Positions 19,386 through 29,174 are shown, counted from the stretch's first letter. The stretch is DNA of 64,000 bases from Ignavibacteriota bacterium (GCA_963787835.1 CAWBEI010000005.1:1-64000), one strand, 5' to 3'. Notes: generated by a model from the sequence alone, not told the origin. Program-made: numbers and translations.

Positions 19386-20747
19386 TTACAAATATTCCAG
19401 CACATCATGCCGTGTCACGATGGCTTTGACGTGGCCGAACTCTTCAATAAGGACGGCAGGAGAGGTTTTCAGCAAAACCAGAACGCTCTTTGTATCGGCG
19501 GAATCCTCGACGACCGGGAATGATTCTTCCATGACGTCAATGATGGGTGATTCGAGCGTGTCCCGGTCTTCGAGTGCTTTAGACATCAGCCGTGATTCGC
19601 GCACCGACCCGACCGATTTACCTTCGGAATCGATCACCGGCAGTTGCGAAATGCCGGAGGCGTCCATAATACGGATGGCATCCCGAACAGCATCGTGCGG
19701 CGAAACGCTGACTAATTTTTGGAGCTTTGCATTTTTAAGATCGGCGATCACTCCAATAGAAAGCCGTTCGGTTCCCAGCAGGCGTTTCTCTTTCAGCCAC
19801 TCGTCGGAATGATGTTTGGTGAGATAACGCTCGCCGGTATCGCAGATAAGGGTTACGATCACGCTGCCTTCGGGAGCATGTTCTGCCACTCGAATAGAGG
19901 CCCACACGTTCATACCCGATGAACCGCCGCAAAGAATTCCCTCCTCGCGTGCAAGCCGCCGTGCCATCATGAAGGAATCGCGATCCTGCACGTTCATCAC
20001 CTCATCGACGTACTTCAGATGCAGATTATTGGGAATGCGTTCTTGCCCGACCCCTTCGACAAGATAGGGGAGGGCCTCGACAAGGCGATCGGTATCGAAA
20101 TAGGTTTTGATGGAAGAACCAGCCGGATCCGCGCCGATCACGCGGATGTTGCGGTTCTTTTCTTTTAAGAAGCGCGCGTTACCGCTGATCGTCCCACCGG
20201 TTCCCATTCCGGCGACAAAATGGGTGATCATTCCATCAGTATCGTTCCAGATCTCCGGGCCGGTCGTGCGATAATGCGTATCAGGGTTTACAGGATTATC
20301 ATACTGATTCAGCATGATCGCGCCCGGAATTTCCTGCGACAGCCGAACGGCTGTATTGTAATAATAATCCGGTGAGCTGGACTTTGCCGCGCTCGAAACG
20401 ACGACGATCTCCGCACCCATCGCCTTGAGATACCGTACCCGCTCGATCGACGCCTTATCCGTCATCACGAACACGCACTTGTAACCTTTTTGCGTGGCAG
20501 CCAACATCAAACCGATGCCGGTGTTTCCGCTTGTTGGCTCGACAAGGGTTCCACCGGGCTTCAAGCGTCCGGAGCGTTCGGCCTCCTCGATCATTTGAAT
20601 GCCGATCCGATCTTTTACCGACCCGCCGGGGTTGAATTCTTCCAGCTTGACGAGGATCGTGCTCTTCAGATCTTTTGGCACCACCTTTCGCAGCTTCAGG
20701 AGCGGCGTGTTGCCAATAAATTCCAGGATCGATTCAGCGTATTTCAT
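19386..20747 (-). CDS. Cystathionine beta-synthase with C-terminal CBS domains
   Basis: [29 protein letters not shown], plus a C-terminal CBS pair; operonic with the CGL gene. Confidence 0.93.
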   Translation of the reverse strand: MKYAESILEFIGNTPLLKLRKVVPKDLKSTILVKLEEFNPGGSVKDRIGIQMIEEAERSGRLKPGGTLVEPTSGNTGIGLMLAATQKGYKCVFVMTDKASIERVRYLKAMGAEIVVVSSAAKSSSPDYYYNTAVRLSQEIPGAIMLNQYDNPVNPDTHYRTTGPEIWNDTDGMITHFVAGMGTGGTISGNARFLKEKNRNIRVIGADPAGSSIKTYFDTDRLVEALPYLVEGVGQERIPNNLHLKYVDEVMNVQDRDSFMMARRLAREEGILCGGSSGMNVWASIRVAEHAPEGSVIVTLICDTGERYLTKHHSDEWLKEKRLLGTERLSIGVIADLKNAKLQKLVSVSPHDAVRDAIRIMDASGISQLPVIDSEGKSVGSVRESRLMSKALEDRDTLESPIIDVMEESFPVVEDSADTKSVLVLLKTSPAVLIEEFGHVKAIVTRHDVLEYL

Positions 20748-20774
20748 GGCAACGGTCTTTTGATTCCTACCTCT

Positions 20775-21557
20775 TTATCGTTTAGTACCGCCGTTCGTTG
20801 AACCACCGGATTGCGGTGCGCGGGATTTCGAATAGCCGCCGCCATAATTTCTGTTCTGGCTTGCGGCAGGCATCGAAGGCGTGATCTTTTGCATGGGAAC
20901 TTCGTGAACCACATGATGATATTGTACCGGAGGCGTTGGTGGTGTGGGAGGATGTCCCGGCCCTCCCTGATGTCCCGGTTCCCCCTGATGTCCACCGGGA
21001 TTTGGCGGCGGAGGGTTCGGCTGCACCGGACGCTGCATGAACGTCACGCGATTGGTATTCTCATTAAAGGCGCGAGGCACGAGTTCATGACCGGGTTCCG
21101 TATTGGTTACTATGCGGTTGTGGACTACGATGTCCGTATATTGGTCGTAGCCATGGCGTGGGTAGTTGTCGCGGTAGTAGGAGTGGTTCAGCCACGGGCG
21201 ATCGATATCGCGGTCGATGAGGACGACGAACGCGGCGGAGAGATTCACGCCGGCGCATTGCGGTGGCGGCCCAATCGTGGATATCCACACGCCATCCGGG
21301 CCCATGTACCAGAAATCCCCACCCCAGACGTCATAATACACTTCGTAATCGGGAAGGTAATAGTAGCGAATGGAACTAACGTTATCGTACGGTGGCGCCC
21401 ACGGCGGCGGCACATAATTTTGTACGACGACGGTTCCGCCATCGCCTTCCGGCGGAGGGAAGCAGGAACTTATGGACAATGCAAGCAGAGCGGTCACGGA
21501 AAGTGCTGCGCCGAGACGGATCAATCCGTGCGGGAACAGTTTGAAGAGTTGTTTCAT
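20775..21557 (-). CDS. Hypothetical lipoprotein with PPPWAP/YYYLPD motif and Pro/Gly-rich tail
   Basis: LSISSC lipobox. PPPWAPPY...RYYYLPDYEVYYDV is a pattern I recall from Bacteroidota lipoproteins. Confidence 0.7.
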   Translation of the reverse strand: MKQLFKLFPHGLIRLGAALSVTALLALSISSCFPPPEGDGGTVVVQNYVPPPWAPPYDNVSSIRYYYLPDYEVYYDVWGGDFWYMGPDGVWISTIGPPPQCAGVNLSAAFVVLIDRDIDRPWLNHSYYRDNYPRHGYDQYTDIVVHNRIVTNTEPGHELVPRAFNENTNRVTFMQRPVQPNPPPPNPGGHQGEPGHQGGPGHPPTPPTPPVQYHHVVHEVPMQKITPSMPAASQNRNYGGGYSKSRAPQSGGSTNGGTKR

Positions 21558-21653
21558 AAATCGTGTTTCGATGGTAACAGTGATAAGTAGTCTGTGCACA
21601 CCTATGTTCTATGCACATCTATATTATACAAACATCAGCGGAGCAAGTTTCGG

Positions 21654-23201
21654 TCACGAGGGCCAGCGGGCTTTTCGCAGATAACTCACGGTCTTCGCCC
21701 AGAGCCACTCGTATGTCATCACTTGTTGGGCCTGAAGATCATCGATGGTCTTAATGCTCACCATCTCTTTGACGATCGGGCGCGCTGTTTGGACGATCAG
21801 TGCCTCATTAAAATCAAATTTCCCGAGCAGTTGCATGAGGTCGATAAACAGGTTGCTTTGCGTATTCTGATGTCCCTTCAGGTGACGAGATTTGAATACC
21901 TTCAACGATTCTGTCCGCTCGATCAAATCGCTTTTGCCGGAGGATTCCGAAAGCAGTACCAATATTTCCAGAATGATCGCGGCCACGCGGTAGCCGGCAT
22001 GATCGCCTTTGAAGCTTGGAAATAGACGAACGAAATTACGCGAGAGATGTCCCGTTCTCCCCGTTCGCTTGCTGCTCGTGCCCGGAAGTGCCCGGCCCGT
22101 GAAAAATTTGGAATACAGCAGATACAGCTCCCACGTCTCTTTTAAGGGATCTGTTTGCGTGTTGTACCGGCGGGAGTGCATCACCGATTCGCATGAGGCA
22201 TACGCCGCCTCGAACCGCTCGCGGTGCATGAGCAGAATAAAGCTCCAGTTCTGGAAATAATACCAGTTATCGCTTTCGGGATTTAGAAGCGGGCCAATTT
22301 CTTTTTGAACTATCTCCGCTTCATCCAGCCGTTGCATTTGAATGAGCGAGACAAACTTTGCCTGACCATATCGTGACCTTCGTGCCCGATTTGCGAAGAT
22401 TGGATATTTTTTTAAAAGTGCAAGACCCTGATCGGCAACCAGGAGCGCTTCGGGATAGTCCATCTGCACTTGTAGTAATTTGCGTTTTAAATCCAGCAGT
22501 TGCTCCTGTAACTTAAATGTGCTATGTTTTTTTGCAATGGCCTCCAATTTGCGAATGGCCGGAACGATCGTGCGCCGTAACTCCGGGTGCTCCGCGCCGG
22601 ATCGTGCAAAGACCAAAGTTATCTTTTGTTGAGCCAGCCTTGCCTCCTGTTCTGCTTCATTTAGGTCAAAGATACTCCAGTATTCTCTCTTCAAGCGATT
22701 CCATTCTTTTTTATCGCCTGAAAGAGCAGCACCATTTTGTAACATAGAAATAAGATCCAGCACTACGGACCATTCCTCGATCTCCAGAGCATCCGGGAGC
22801 GCAAGCGCGGCAAGCTCATCTGCGAGCCGAGCACCAACAAAGCTTCCCGCCAACAAAGCCTGTTCACGCAAGCGCCAAACACGCTCCGATTTCTGACTAT
22901 ACTCCGAATAATCTGCTCGCGCAAGATCTAAAAAGAATAAATGATCCAGCAGGGCGCGGCGCAAGTGTGATTTAGCCTGTGTATAGGATTTATCATCTGG
23001 CTGCATTCCAATAGAAGCAGCGATCTCCCGTTCATTGGTAGTCTGTGATTGCAGAAGAGACCGGAACAAACGGCCTTCTACTCGATCGGAATGATCCAGC
23101 TTTCCAAGAAGCTCGATGCGAGCCTCTTTGTGACCCACTTGAGAAATGAGTGGGATTAGGTCGAACAAGTCCTTCATAGTTCGGCTGATTTTTCGGGCCA
23201 T
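21654..23201 (-). CDS. Hypothetical helical-repeat protein with putative N-terminal HTH
   Basis: 515 aa, no signal peptide. NEREIAASIGM...YTQAKSHLRRAL is HTH-like and TPR-like helices follow. Confidence 0.7.
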   Translation of the reverse strand: MARKISRTMKDLFDLIPLISQVGHKEARIELLGKLDHSDRVEGRLFRSLLQSQTTNEREIAASIGMQPDDKSYTQAKSHLRRALLDHLFFLDLARADYSEYSQKSERVWRLREQALLAGSFVGARLADELAALALPDALEIEEWSVVLDLISMLQNGAALSGDKKEWNRLKREYWSIFDLNEAEQEARLAQQKITLVFARSGAEHPELRRTIVPAIRKLEAIAKKHSTFKLQEQLLDLKRKLLQVQMDYPEALLVADQGLALLKKYPIFANRARRSRYGQAKFVSLIQMQRLDEAEIVQKEIGPLLNPESDNWYYFQNWSFILLMHRERFEAAYASCESVMHSRRYNTQTDPLKETWELYLLYSKFFTGRALPGTSSKRTGRTGHLSRNFVRLFPSFKGDHAGYRVAAIILEILVLLSESSGKSDLIERTESLKVFKSRHLKGHQNTQSNLFIDLMQLLGKFDFNEALIVQTARPIVKEMVSIKTIDDLQAQQVMTYEWLWAKTVSYLRKARWPS

Positions 23202-23338
23202 AATTGCGGTTTTTTAGCTGATTTGGGCAAAAAAGTGGCACTTCAACAAAACGTGCTTTTTGGAAACCAATATTTGGGTTGAGCCACGCTATTTTTGTGA
23301 GCAAACATTTTTCACTTAAAACGAGAAGGTCGCACCAC

Positions 23339-23713
23339 ATGGTAAATACTGTAATGCTCTATACAAAAATACTACTTTTTACAGGAATGCTCCTCATTCC
23401 CAACATTCATGAACGGGTTCTGTTCGATTGCGAGGTTTTTACGGTCAACAATGAATCATCCTACGCGCTCGGGGATGTGCAGGTTTCTGGCACAGGTGGT
23501 TCTGGCGATGTGGAGGTTCCCGAAACAGGCGTTTATGCCGATACGCTATGCTTTACACCCTCGGCAATTGAGATCAATGGGGAAGTGAGTAGTTATCCAA
23601 CTACAACAACGATCATCCTTGCTTCTGGAAGCGCCGTCCAAGTGACGTGGGAATCTACTCAACTTGTGGATATTACAAACGAAGTAACGAGGGATGGCCT
23701 GACCCGTCCATGA
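23339..23713 (+). CDS. Small secreted beta-rich hypothetical protein
   Basis: Hydrophobic N-terminus, acidic beta-strand-rich body of 124 aa, divergent from the 515-aa gene. Confidence 0.6.
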   Translation: MVNTVMLYTKILLFTGMLLIPNIHERVLFDCEVFTVNNESSYALGDVQVSGTGGSGDVEVPETGVYADTLCFTPSAIEINGEVSSYPTTTTIILASGSAVQVTWESTQLVDITNEVTRDGLTRP

Positions 23714-23755
23714 AAATTTTTAAGATGAAAAGGGAAATCGCAAAACCCCAGTATT

Positions 23756-24045
23756 CGCCGTGTGCCGGCGTGGCCCTCCGTCATGTGTGGGAGTGGCCGC
23801 GCCGGGTGGCGGCATCAAACAAAGTTTTTCGTTCAGGAGCGTTTGCCAGTGATACATTATAATTAACTGACCAAAAAATGACTCATCGGCTTTCCGCGCC
23901 AGAGCAAAAAAAGGCTAACGCCTCTCGGATGAGCGATCATCCAGAGGCGACAGCCTTCTCTTTGAAAAAAGGAAAGACCGCTACTCCTTGTAAAGCGCGG
24001 TCTTTCCTGATTTCGAAAACCGCTGCCGGATTTCCCGGTTAGCGG
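23756..24045 (+). ncRNA. Candidate structured RNA/leader with four consecutive hairpins
   Basis: Stems at 23756-23811, 23911-23957 (GCGA tetraloop), 23970-24008 (perfect 12 bp) and 24020-24045. Confidence 0.45.
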
Positions 24046-24066
24046 AATCTTAACATAAAAACACTG

Positions 24067-24672
24067 ATGGAACACAAATCATTCTCACAAAAACTCGCTG
24101 TTCTGGCAGCGATAGCATTGCTTTGTTATTGTTCGCTTTTTCTTACTTCTAAAGTAAGAGCGCAAGTCTGCAATTGCATAACAATTAGTCATTCGGTCTC
24201 GGTGCTCTGTGATACTTGCTGGGATTCTATTTACAACGTTGGAACCCTACATCATCCAATCTGGGATACGGCAATAATTTGCGATACCTGCTGGACGTTT
24301 GCCCTGACGAACAATTGCTCGTACGGGATTTCTGCGCTACAAATATATGATACAGCTACGGGAGGTGGGCTTAAAACGATCCATCATGGCTGCGCAGAAG
24401 TTCAAAACCCGACGGAAGATACATCTTGGGTAGCAATGAACTTTTCAGATGGGTCAGTCATGTTTCAGGACACAGGAAATGCATGTTGGGAGCCGGGATC
24501 AACACTGCTCGTATCTATTTGTAATCCACTCAAACAAGGTGATACGATTAACGTCGAATGGTGGACATGTTCTTGCCCACCACCACCACCACCACATGGC
24601 CCTCCCCCTTATTCTCCGCCTTATTGTGCTGAGGGGTTCTGCCCTGGGGGTATAAGATTCATAGTACCTTAA
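24067..24672 (+). CDS. Cys-rich secreted protein with poly-Pro C-terminus
   Basis: Signal peptide ending VRAQ, about 14 Cys in the mature part, CDTCW twice. Confidence 0.7.
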   Translation: MEHKSFSQKLAVLAAIALLCYCSLFLTSKVRAQVCNCITISHSVSVLCDTCWDSIYNVGTLHHPIWDTAIICDTCWTFALTNNCSYGISALQIYDTATGGGLKTIHHGCAEVQNPTEDTSWVAMNFSDGSVMFQDTGNACWEPGSTLLVSICNPLKQGDTINVEWWTCSCPPPPPPHGPPPYSPPYCAEGFCPGGIRFIVP

Positions 24673-24689
24673 TCAGGGTTATATCTTTT

Positions 24690-26075
24690 ATGAAATTACA
24701 AGAACAACGCCAAATTCGGTTACGGTCAGCTATTATGCTGGCCGTAACCCTTTTTTGTTTTGATGGAATCGTCTACGCCCAATCGAACGGAATTCCTGGA
24801 ACATGGAAAAGAGTACCGGCTCTGGGATTTTCTTACGCGAGTTTCATCGATAGCCTTCATGGGATTGCAATGTCGGACTCCTTCGAAATTACAAGCGATG
24901 GAGGAAAATCTTGGAATACACTCACTTCTACCCGATTTGCAGCAGGAGTTGGTGGTGGACATGCCATCGTTTGTACGGGAATCTCCAAAGCTGTTGTGGA
25001 GAAGACAAATTGCGACCAGTTTGAAATCGATGGCGATTCGGTCATTCAAGCAGATTGTCCTCAGGATTCCCCCGACTCTTTTTATCAGACATACACTTCA
25101 TTCGATCAGAAAATGTATGATACTTCATATGGATTCCGTTTTGTGCAAGAAGTGCAGCGTGGTTCTATATTAGATAAGGCATACATTGCCGTGACCCACG
25201 ATTGTTGGCGAACTTATCAAGCGTATGGCGATTCGCTTATTGGCGAGGAACTTTCAACTAACGCGTTTGGTGGGTCATCCGAAATCAATGGAGTAACGAT
25301 CGTCGATAGCAACGAAGTGTGGGTCGGAATCAATAATACGATCTATCGCACAACAAACGCGGGCATAACATGGGACACTCTTCGTCCATTCGCCAACACT
25401 TCGATTTCTCTTACAGCTGCCCCGAATCAATGTAATATTATCATCAATAAAAAAACGCATGAAGTTTATGTCAATCTTGCAACGAAGCCAGTAGATTATC
25501 TTTATTCCAGCGATTATGGCAAGACCTGGGCGATTGATTCAGTGTTCAAAGGACACATAGTCAGCATGTTCGTCGTTTCGCCGGGTGTTATCTGGGCTGA
25601 ACTTCAAGCTCCTTGTTATTGTGCATACAATAACCTTACTCTGGATCTTGCCTACAGTTCCAACAATGGGTTGACTTGGCTGATTGACTCCACATCCTTT
25701 AAAATTGATTCTGTTCTAGGCGCGATGTACTGGTTAGACGAACGCCATGGGTGGATCAACGCGGACGATTTTAGCCCGCCTATGGATACGACCCCTCCTC
25801 AAGGTTTTATCTGGTATTACGATGCGGATGGTAATGCAGATGTTCTGACAAGTATCGTAGGTATTAAGTACGGAGCGATTCAGATTTATCCCGATCCAGC
25901 AACCACCGTGATTTATATGGAAGATTTATACCCAGCTCTTCAGATATACGACCCTCTCGGCCGGAAATATCCCGTTAATTCGACTGGTAATGCAATAGAT
26001 ATTTCTTCTTTTCCACCGGGTGTTTATTTCCTTTATGATGGCGTCACCGCGCGGGCAAAATTTGTGAAGGAATGA
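24690..26075 (+). CDS. BNR/Ycf48-like beta-propeller protein with T9SS C-terminal domain
   Basis: Asp-box repeats (TSDGGKSW, TTNAGITW, SSDYGKTW) and C-terminal IYPDPA...IYDPLGR...GVYF...KFVKE. Confidence 0.85.
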   Translation: MKLQEQRQIRLRSAIMLAVTLFCFDGIVYAQSNGIPGTWKRVPALGFSYASFIDSLHGIAMSDSFEITSDGGKSWNTLTSTRFAAGVGGGHAIVCTGISKAVVEKTNCDQFEIDGDSVIQADCPQDSPDSFYQTYTSFDQKMYDTSYGFRFVQEVQRGSILDKAYIAVTHDCWRTYQAYGDSLIGEELSTNAFGGSSEINGVTIVDSNEVWVGINNTIYRTTNAGITWDTLRPFANTSISLTAAPNQCNIIINKKTHEVYVNLATKPVDYLYSSDYGKTWAIDSVFKGHIVSMFVVSPGVIWAELQAPCYCAYNNLTLDLAYSSNNGLTWLIDSTSFKIDSVLGAMYWLDERHGWINADDFSPPMDTTPPQGFIWYYDADGNADVLTSIVGIKYGAIQIYPDPATTVIYMEDLYPALQIYDPLGRKYPVNSTGNAIDISSFPPGVYFLYDGVTARAKFVKE

Positions 26076-26233
26076 GATGCGCTATGAAGAGAACTATATG
26101 ATTTACCTTCAACCCGAACCGACCGATAATCGTACCCCAAAATGCCATTTGGTGTGGCAAGGGGGGACTGCCATGTCTTATTGTGGTGTAAGTTCGCCAT
26201 GCCCGCCTTACATTGCTGTAGTGCCATAATAAC

Positions 26234-27673
26234 ATGAAAAACATATTGAATTCTTATATTGGTTGGGCGCGCATTTGTTGCGCGTCCAACCTCGCTTTAA
26301 TATTGATCGGCCATACTGCATTAGCACAGGGGCCTGCACGCTATCCGGGCCAGTGGCATAAAATAGAGACATCTAGTGGTGGCGGTGGGTGGGCTGATGT
26401 GAACTATATTCAAGACTTCGATTTTATCGACAGCAGTCATGGTATCTGCATGGATCAGAATTCACGCTTTCTTTACACATCCGACGGAGGGCGTTCTTGG
26501 AACACTGCTGCACATGGTTTCAGCGGGAATTTAATAAAAAATTACTTGGGGATGGTCACCTGTAGTGGCCCTCAAAATGGGAATGCAATGAGTGAACTTG
26601 GAAATGTCTTGCTCTCACAGGACACTTCGATGCTGATTTCGACTCTTCCGTTATATCATGAATATGATGATTACTTCCCTTACGTTGCGACGGCGCTTAC
26701 CATTACCCAAAAGATGTATGACACATCCTATGGTTTTCGGCTTGCACAGGATGAGAACCCCCGTTCTGGAGCCCTCATGGATTCGGCGCGAATTCTGGTG
26801 ACACATGATGGTTGGAAGAGTGACACTGAATATGGTATGCACATATCAGGTGGTCTTGTTGCAGGTTCTCCAGATAATTCATATTCTTTGATTCTTGGAG
26901 GAAAAATTATTGATTCAAACGATGTGTGGGTTGGTTTGGGCAGCACCATTCTTCACACAACCAATGCCGGTGGTACCTGGGATACCATGCAGCCAACGAA
27001 CTCTTCGTATGTTCCAGATTGGTTCAATATCGTTGCAAATCCCAAGACACGAGAGGTTTATGCAGAAGCAGTATTCGGACCAATTGACTTCGCATATTCC
27101 AGCGATTATGGCAAGACGTGGAGATTAGATTCGACGTTTCGTGGCTTGATGGTTCGCTTAAGCGTACAGTCCACTGGAAAACTCTGGGGTATCCTATGTC
27201 ATCACCCTGTTTATAACCCACCTTATGAGCTTTACGAGACAGGACAATCGCCGAAATTTTATCAAAACACAATAGTCTATAGTTCCGATACCGGAAAAAG
27301 CTGGTATGTCGATTCAGCAACCTTCGCAAACGATACGCTGGTAGAAATGCACTGGTTCGACGAGTACCATGGATGGATCGCTGGATATGGACTTGATAGC
27401 ATGACCAATTTCATTGCCTATTATGATTCCAACGAGAACGCTAGCGTTTCGATTGTAGGTTACAAAGCTGCACAATATCAAGTTTATCCAAACCCTGCAA
27501 ATGTTTTAATCAACACCAACCCGCCGTCAGACAATCTCACGGTATTCGATCCTCTCGGGAGGCAATACTTTGTCAGAAGCATTTCTGGTTCTATCGATGT
27601 ATCTGCACTCGCTCCAGGAATTTATTTTATTGCAGATGGAGGTATCATTCGCGGAAAATTTGTGAAGGAGTAA
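26234..27673 (+). CDS. BNR/Ycf48-like beta-propeller protein with T9SS C-terminal domain (paralogue of the upstream gene)
   Basis: Shares QKMYDTSYGFR, VTHD, YSSDYGKTW and KFVKE with 24690..26075. Confidence 0.85.
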   Translation: MKNILNSYIGWARICCASNLALILIGHTALAQGPARYPGQWHKIETSSGGGGWADVNYIQDFDFIDSSHGICMDQNSRFLYTSDGGRSWNTAAHGFSGNLIKNYLGMVTCSGPQNGNAMSELGNVLLSQDTSMLISTLPLYHEYDDYFPYVATALTITQKMYDTSYGFRLAQDENPRSGALMDSARILVTHDGWKSDTEYGMHISGGLVAGSPDNSYSLILGGKIIDSNDVWVGLGSTILHTTNAGGTWDTMQPTNSSYVPDWFNIVANPKTREVYAEAVFGPIDFAYSSDYGKTWRLDSTFRGLMVRLSVQSTGKLWGILCHHPVYNPPYELYETGQSPKFYQNTIVYSSDTGKSWYVDSATFANDTLVEMHWFDEYHGWIAGYGLDSMTNFIAYYDSNENASVSIVGYKAAQYQVYPNPANVLINTNPPSDNLTVFDPLGRQYFVRSISGSIDVSALAPGIYFIADGGIIRGKFVKE

Positions 27674-27711
27674 AATAGACAATTTCGGAATTTCATGGCG
27701 ATCGGAAAAAA

Positions 27712-27972
27712 TGTCGTATATTGGAATTGCTTTGATGGGCACCTGGGGGGAAATTATGAAGTATGAATTATGAAGTATGACCACGATTTACGGGATTTTC
27801 GGGATTAGGGAAGGATGGGGGGAGTTCATTGAAAATGGAGGTAGGCGGGAGCTTTCGTTATGAACGAGTCCTTTGGGAAAATGGATTTTGGGTTTCTTCC
27901 AGAACGAATGCCCAAAACAACTTGGAAACGAGGGCACATCGGGAACTCACAAGAAAAAGAAATGGCACCTAT
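27712..27972 (+). repeat. ~260-bp dispersed non-coding element, copy 1
   Basis: 27779-27970 aligns ungapped to the reverse complement of 58484-58675 (170/192 by hand). Upstream blocks TGTCGTATATTGG and TTGATGGGCACCT are also shared. Confidence 0.92.
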
Positions 27973-28140
27973 TTCCTTAGGACAATCAGCATTGGTAATT
28001 TTTGATTATTTTGATGGCCGGAAACAAACCAGTGAAAAGCCGGAACGCAAGTGCCGAAATTGTGGTAGTTTGAATAGTCAAATTTTTTGGTCAACCCCGC
28101 AATAGCGGTAGTCTTAAATTTTTCCATTTTGCATCCGATT

Positions 28141-29040
28141 ATGAAATCACGAATAGCATTTGCAGTACCAGCCATCCTTTTTGCGGCACTGATGGCCGCC
28201 TATGTGCTATCGCCCGGCGGAATATCCGGCGGCTTACGCGCCGCCCGGCCTGTTCCAGTCGATACCACGAAGAAGAACGCCCAGATCAAGATCGATGAAG
28301 ACAGCTACGATTTTCATGACATTGAGCAGGGTACCAAGGCCGTGCATAACTTCCTGATCAGCAATCCGGGCACGGATACGCTTGTGATCGCGAGTACGCG
28401 TCCCTCCTGCGGTTGCACCGCTGCTGTAATGGATGCCAAGGATAACCGCATTCCTCCCGGCGCCACCAGCCGCCTTACGGTCACCTTCGATGCCAACAAC
28501 AAGCCGGAAGGCCCGATCATGAAGAGCGTTACGATCACCTCGAATGCGAAAAATACTCCGGATGCCATGGTGCATATTCAAGGCCGGGTCGTGAAATCGA
28601 AGCTTGCCCACAAGACGATGATGCACTTGGATGGCCTGTTCCAGGGCGATTGCGCAAGCTGCCACGTCGCGAAAGGCAAAGGGGAACTCGGTGCGCGTTT
28701 GTACGAAGCCGATTGCGCGATCTGCCATGGTCAGAAAACGGACGACAAGCCAGGTCCGGATCTTCCCAGTGAGGCAATGCTGAAGCATACGCCAAAACAA
28801 TGGCAGAATATTATCGAGAATGGTATTCCGAATACGGCAATGCCTGCCTTCCACACGAAGAATAAAGGCCCGCTCGGCGATGAGGAGATCGCTTCGCTTA
28901 TCGAGTACATGGGGGCTTTCAAGAAGGAAGCCGAGCGGAATAATGAGCTGAAGTCGGTAGCTCCATCGGGTGGCTCGACGATCGGTACTGCCATTATTAA
29001 GACCCCTGCTGGAACCACGACGACACCCGCTAAGAATTAA
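28141..29040 (+). CDS. DUF1573 Ig-like domain fused to c-type cytochrome (two CxxCH)
   Basis: YDFHDI...PSCGCT...KSVTITSNA, then CASCH, CAICH and MPAF. Confidence 0.85.
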   Translation: MKSRIAFAVPAILFAALMAAYVLSPGGISGGLRAARPVPVDTTKKNAQIKIDEDSYDFHDIEQGTKAVHNFLISNPGTDTLVIASTRPSCGCTAAVMDAKDNRIPPGATSRLTVTFDANNKPEGPIMKSVTITSNAKNTPDAMVHIQGRVVKSKLAHKTMMHLDGLFQGDCASCHVAKGKGELGARLYEADCAICHGQKTDDKPGPDLPSEAMLKHTPKQWQNIIENGIPNTAMPAFHTKNKGPLGDEEIASLIEYMGAFKKEAERNNELKSVAPSGGSTIGTAIIKTPAGTTTTPAKN

Positions 29041-29060
29041 CAAAATTGTTTGACGGAAAA

Positions 29061-29099
29061 GAGAGTGGAGATTTTTTGCTCTCCACTCTCTTTTTTTTT
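29061..29099 (+). terminator. Rho-independent terminator
   Basis: GAGAGTGGAGA/TCTCCACTCTC 11-bp stem followed by T9. Confidence 0.9.
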
Positions 29100-29174
29100 A
29101 GAATTCGGGAACTCGTGGCTTGAACATTGAAACAGACGTAAGATATTTTCTAATTCTTCATTGTTCGTTGTGCA

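Noticed and set aside
23725-23760. c-di-GMP-I riboswitch (CGCAAAACC)
   Set aside because: It lacks the upstream GGCAAAC/GNRA stem and the receptor elements.
24690-27673. DGR template/variable repeat between the propeller paralogues
   Set aside because: Differences are not adenine-specific and there is no reverse transcriptase in the window.
27860-28105. 81-aa ORF MNESFGK... inside element copy 1 (41-aa counterpart MNESFEK... in copy 2)
   Set aside because: Substitutions between copies are almost all non-synonymous in this frame and the lengths differ. The +1 frame has more synonymous changes but begins right after a TGA, and a 36-codon antisense GTG frame is also mostly non-synonymous. Coding is not supported; RNAcode on more copies would decide.
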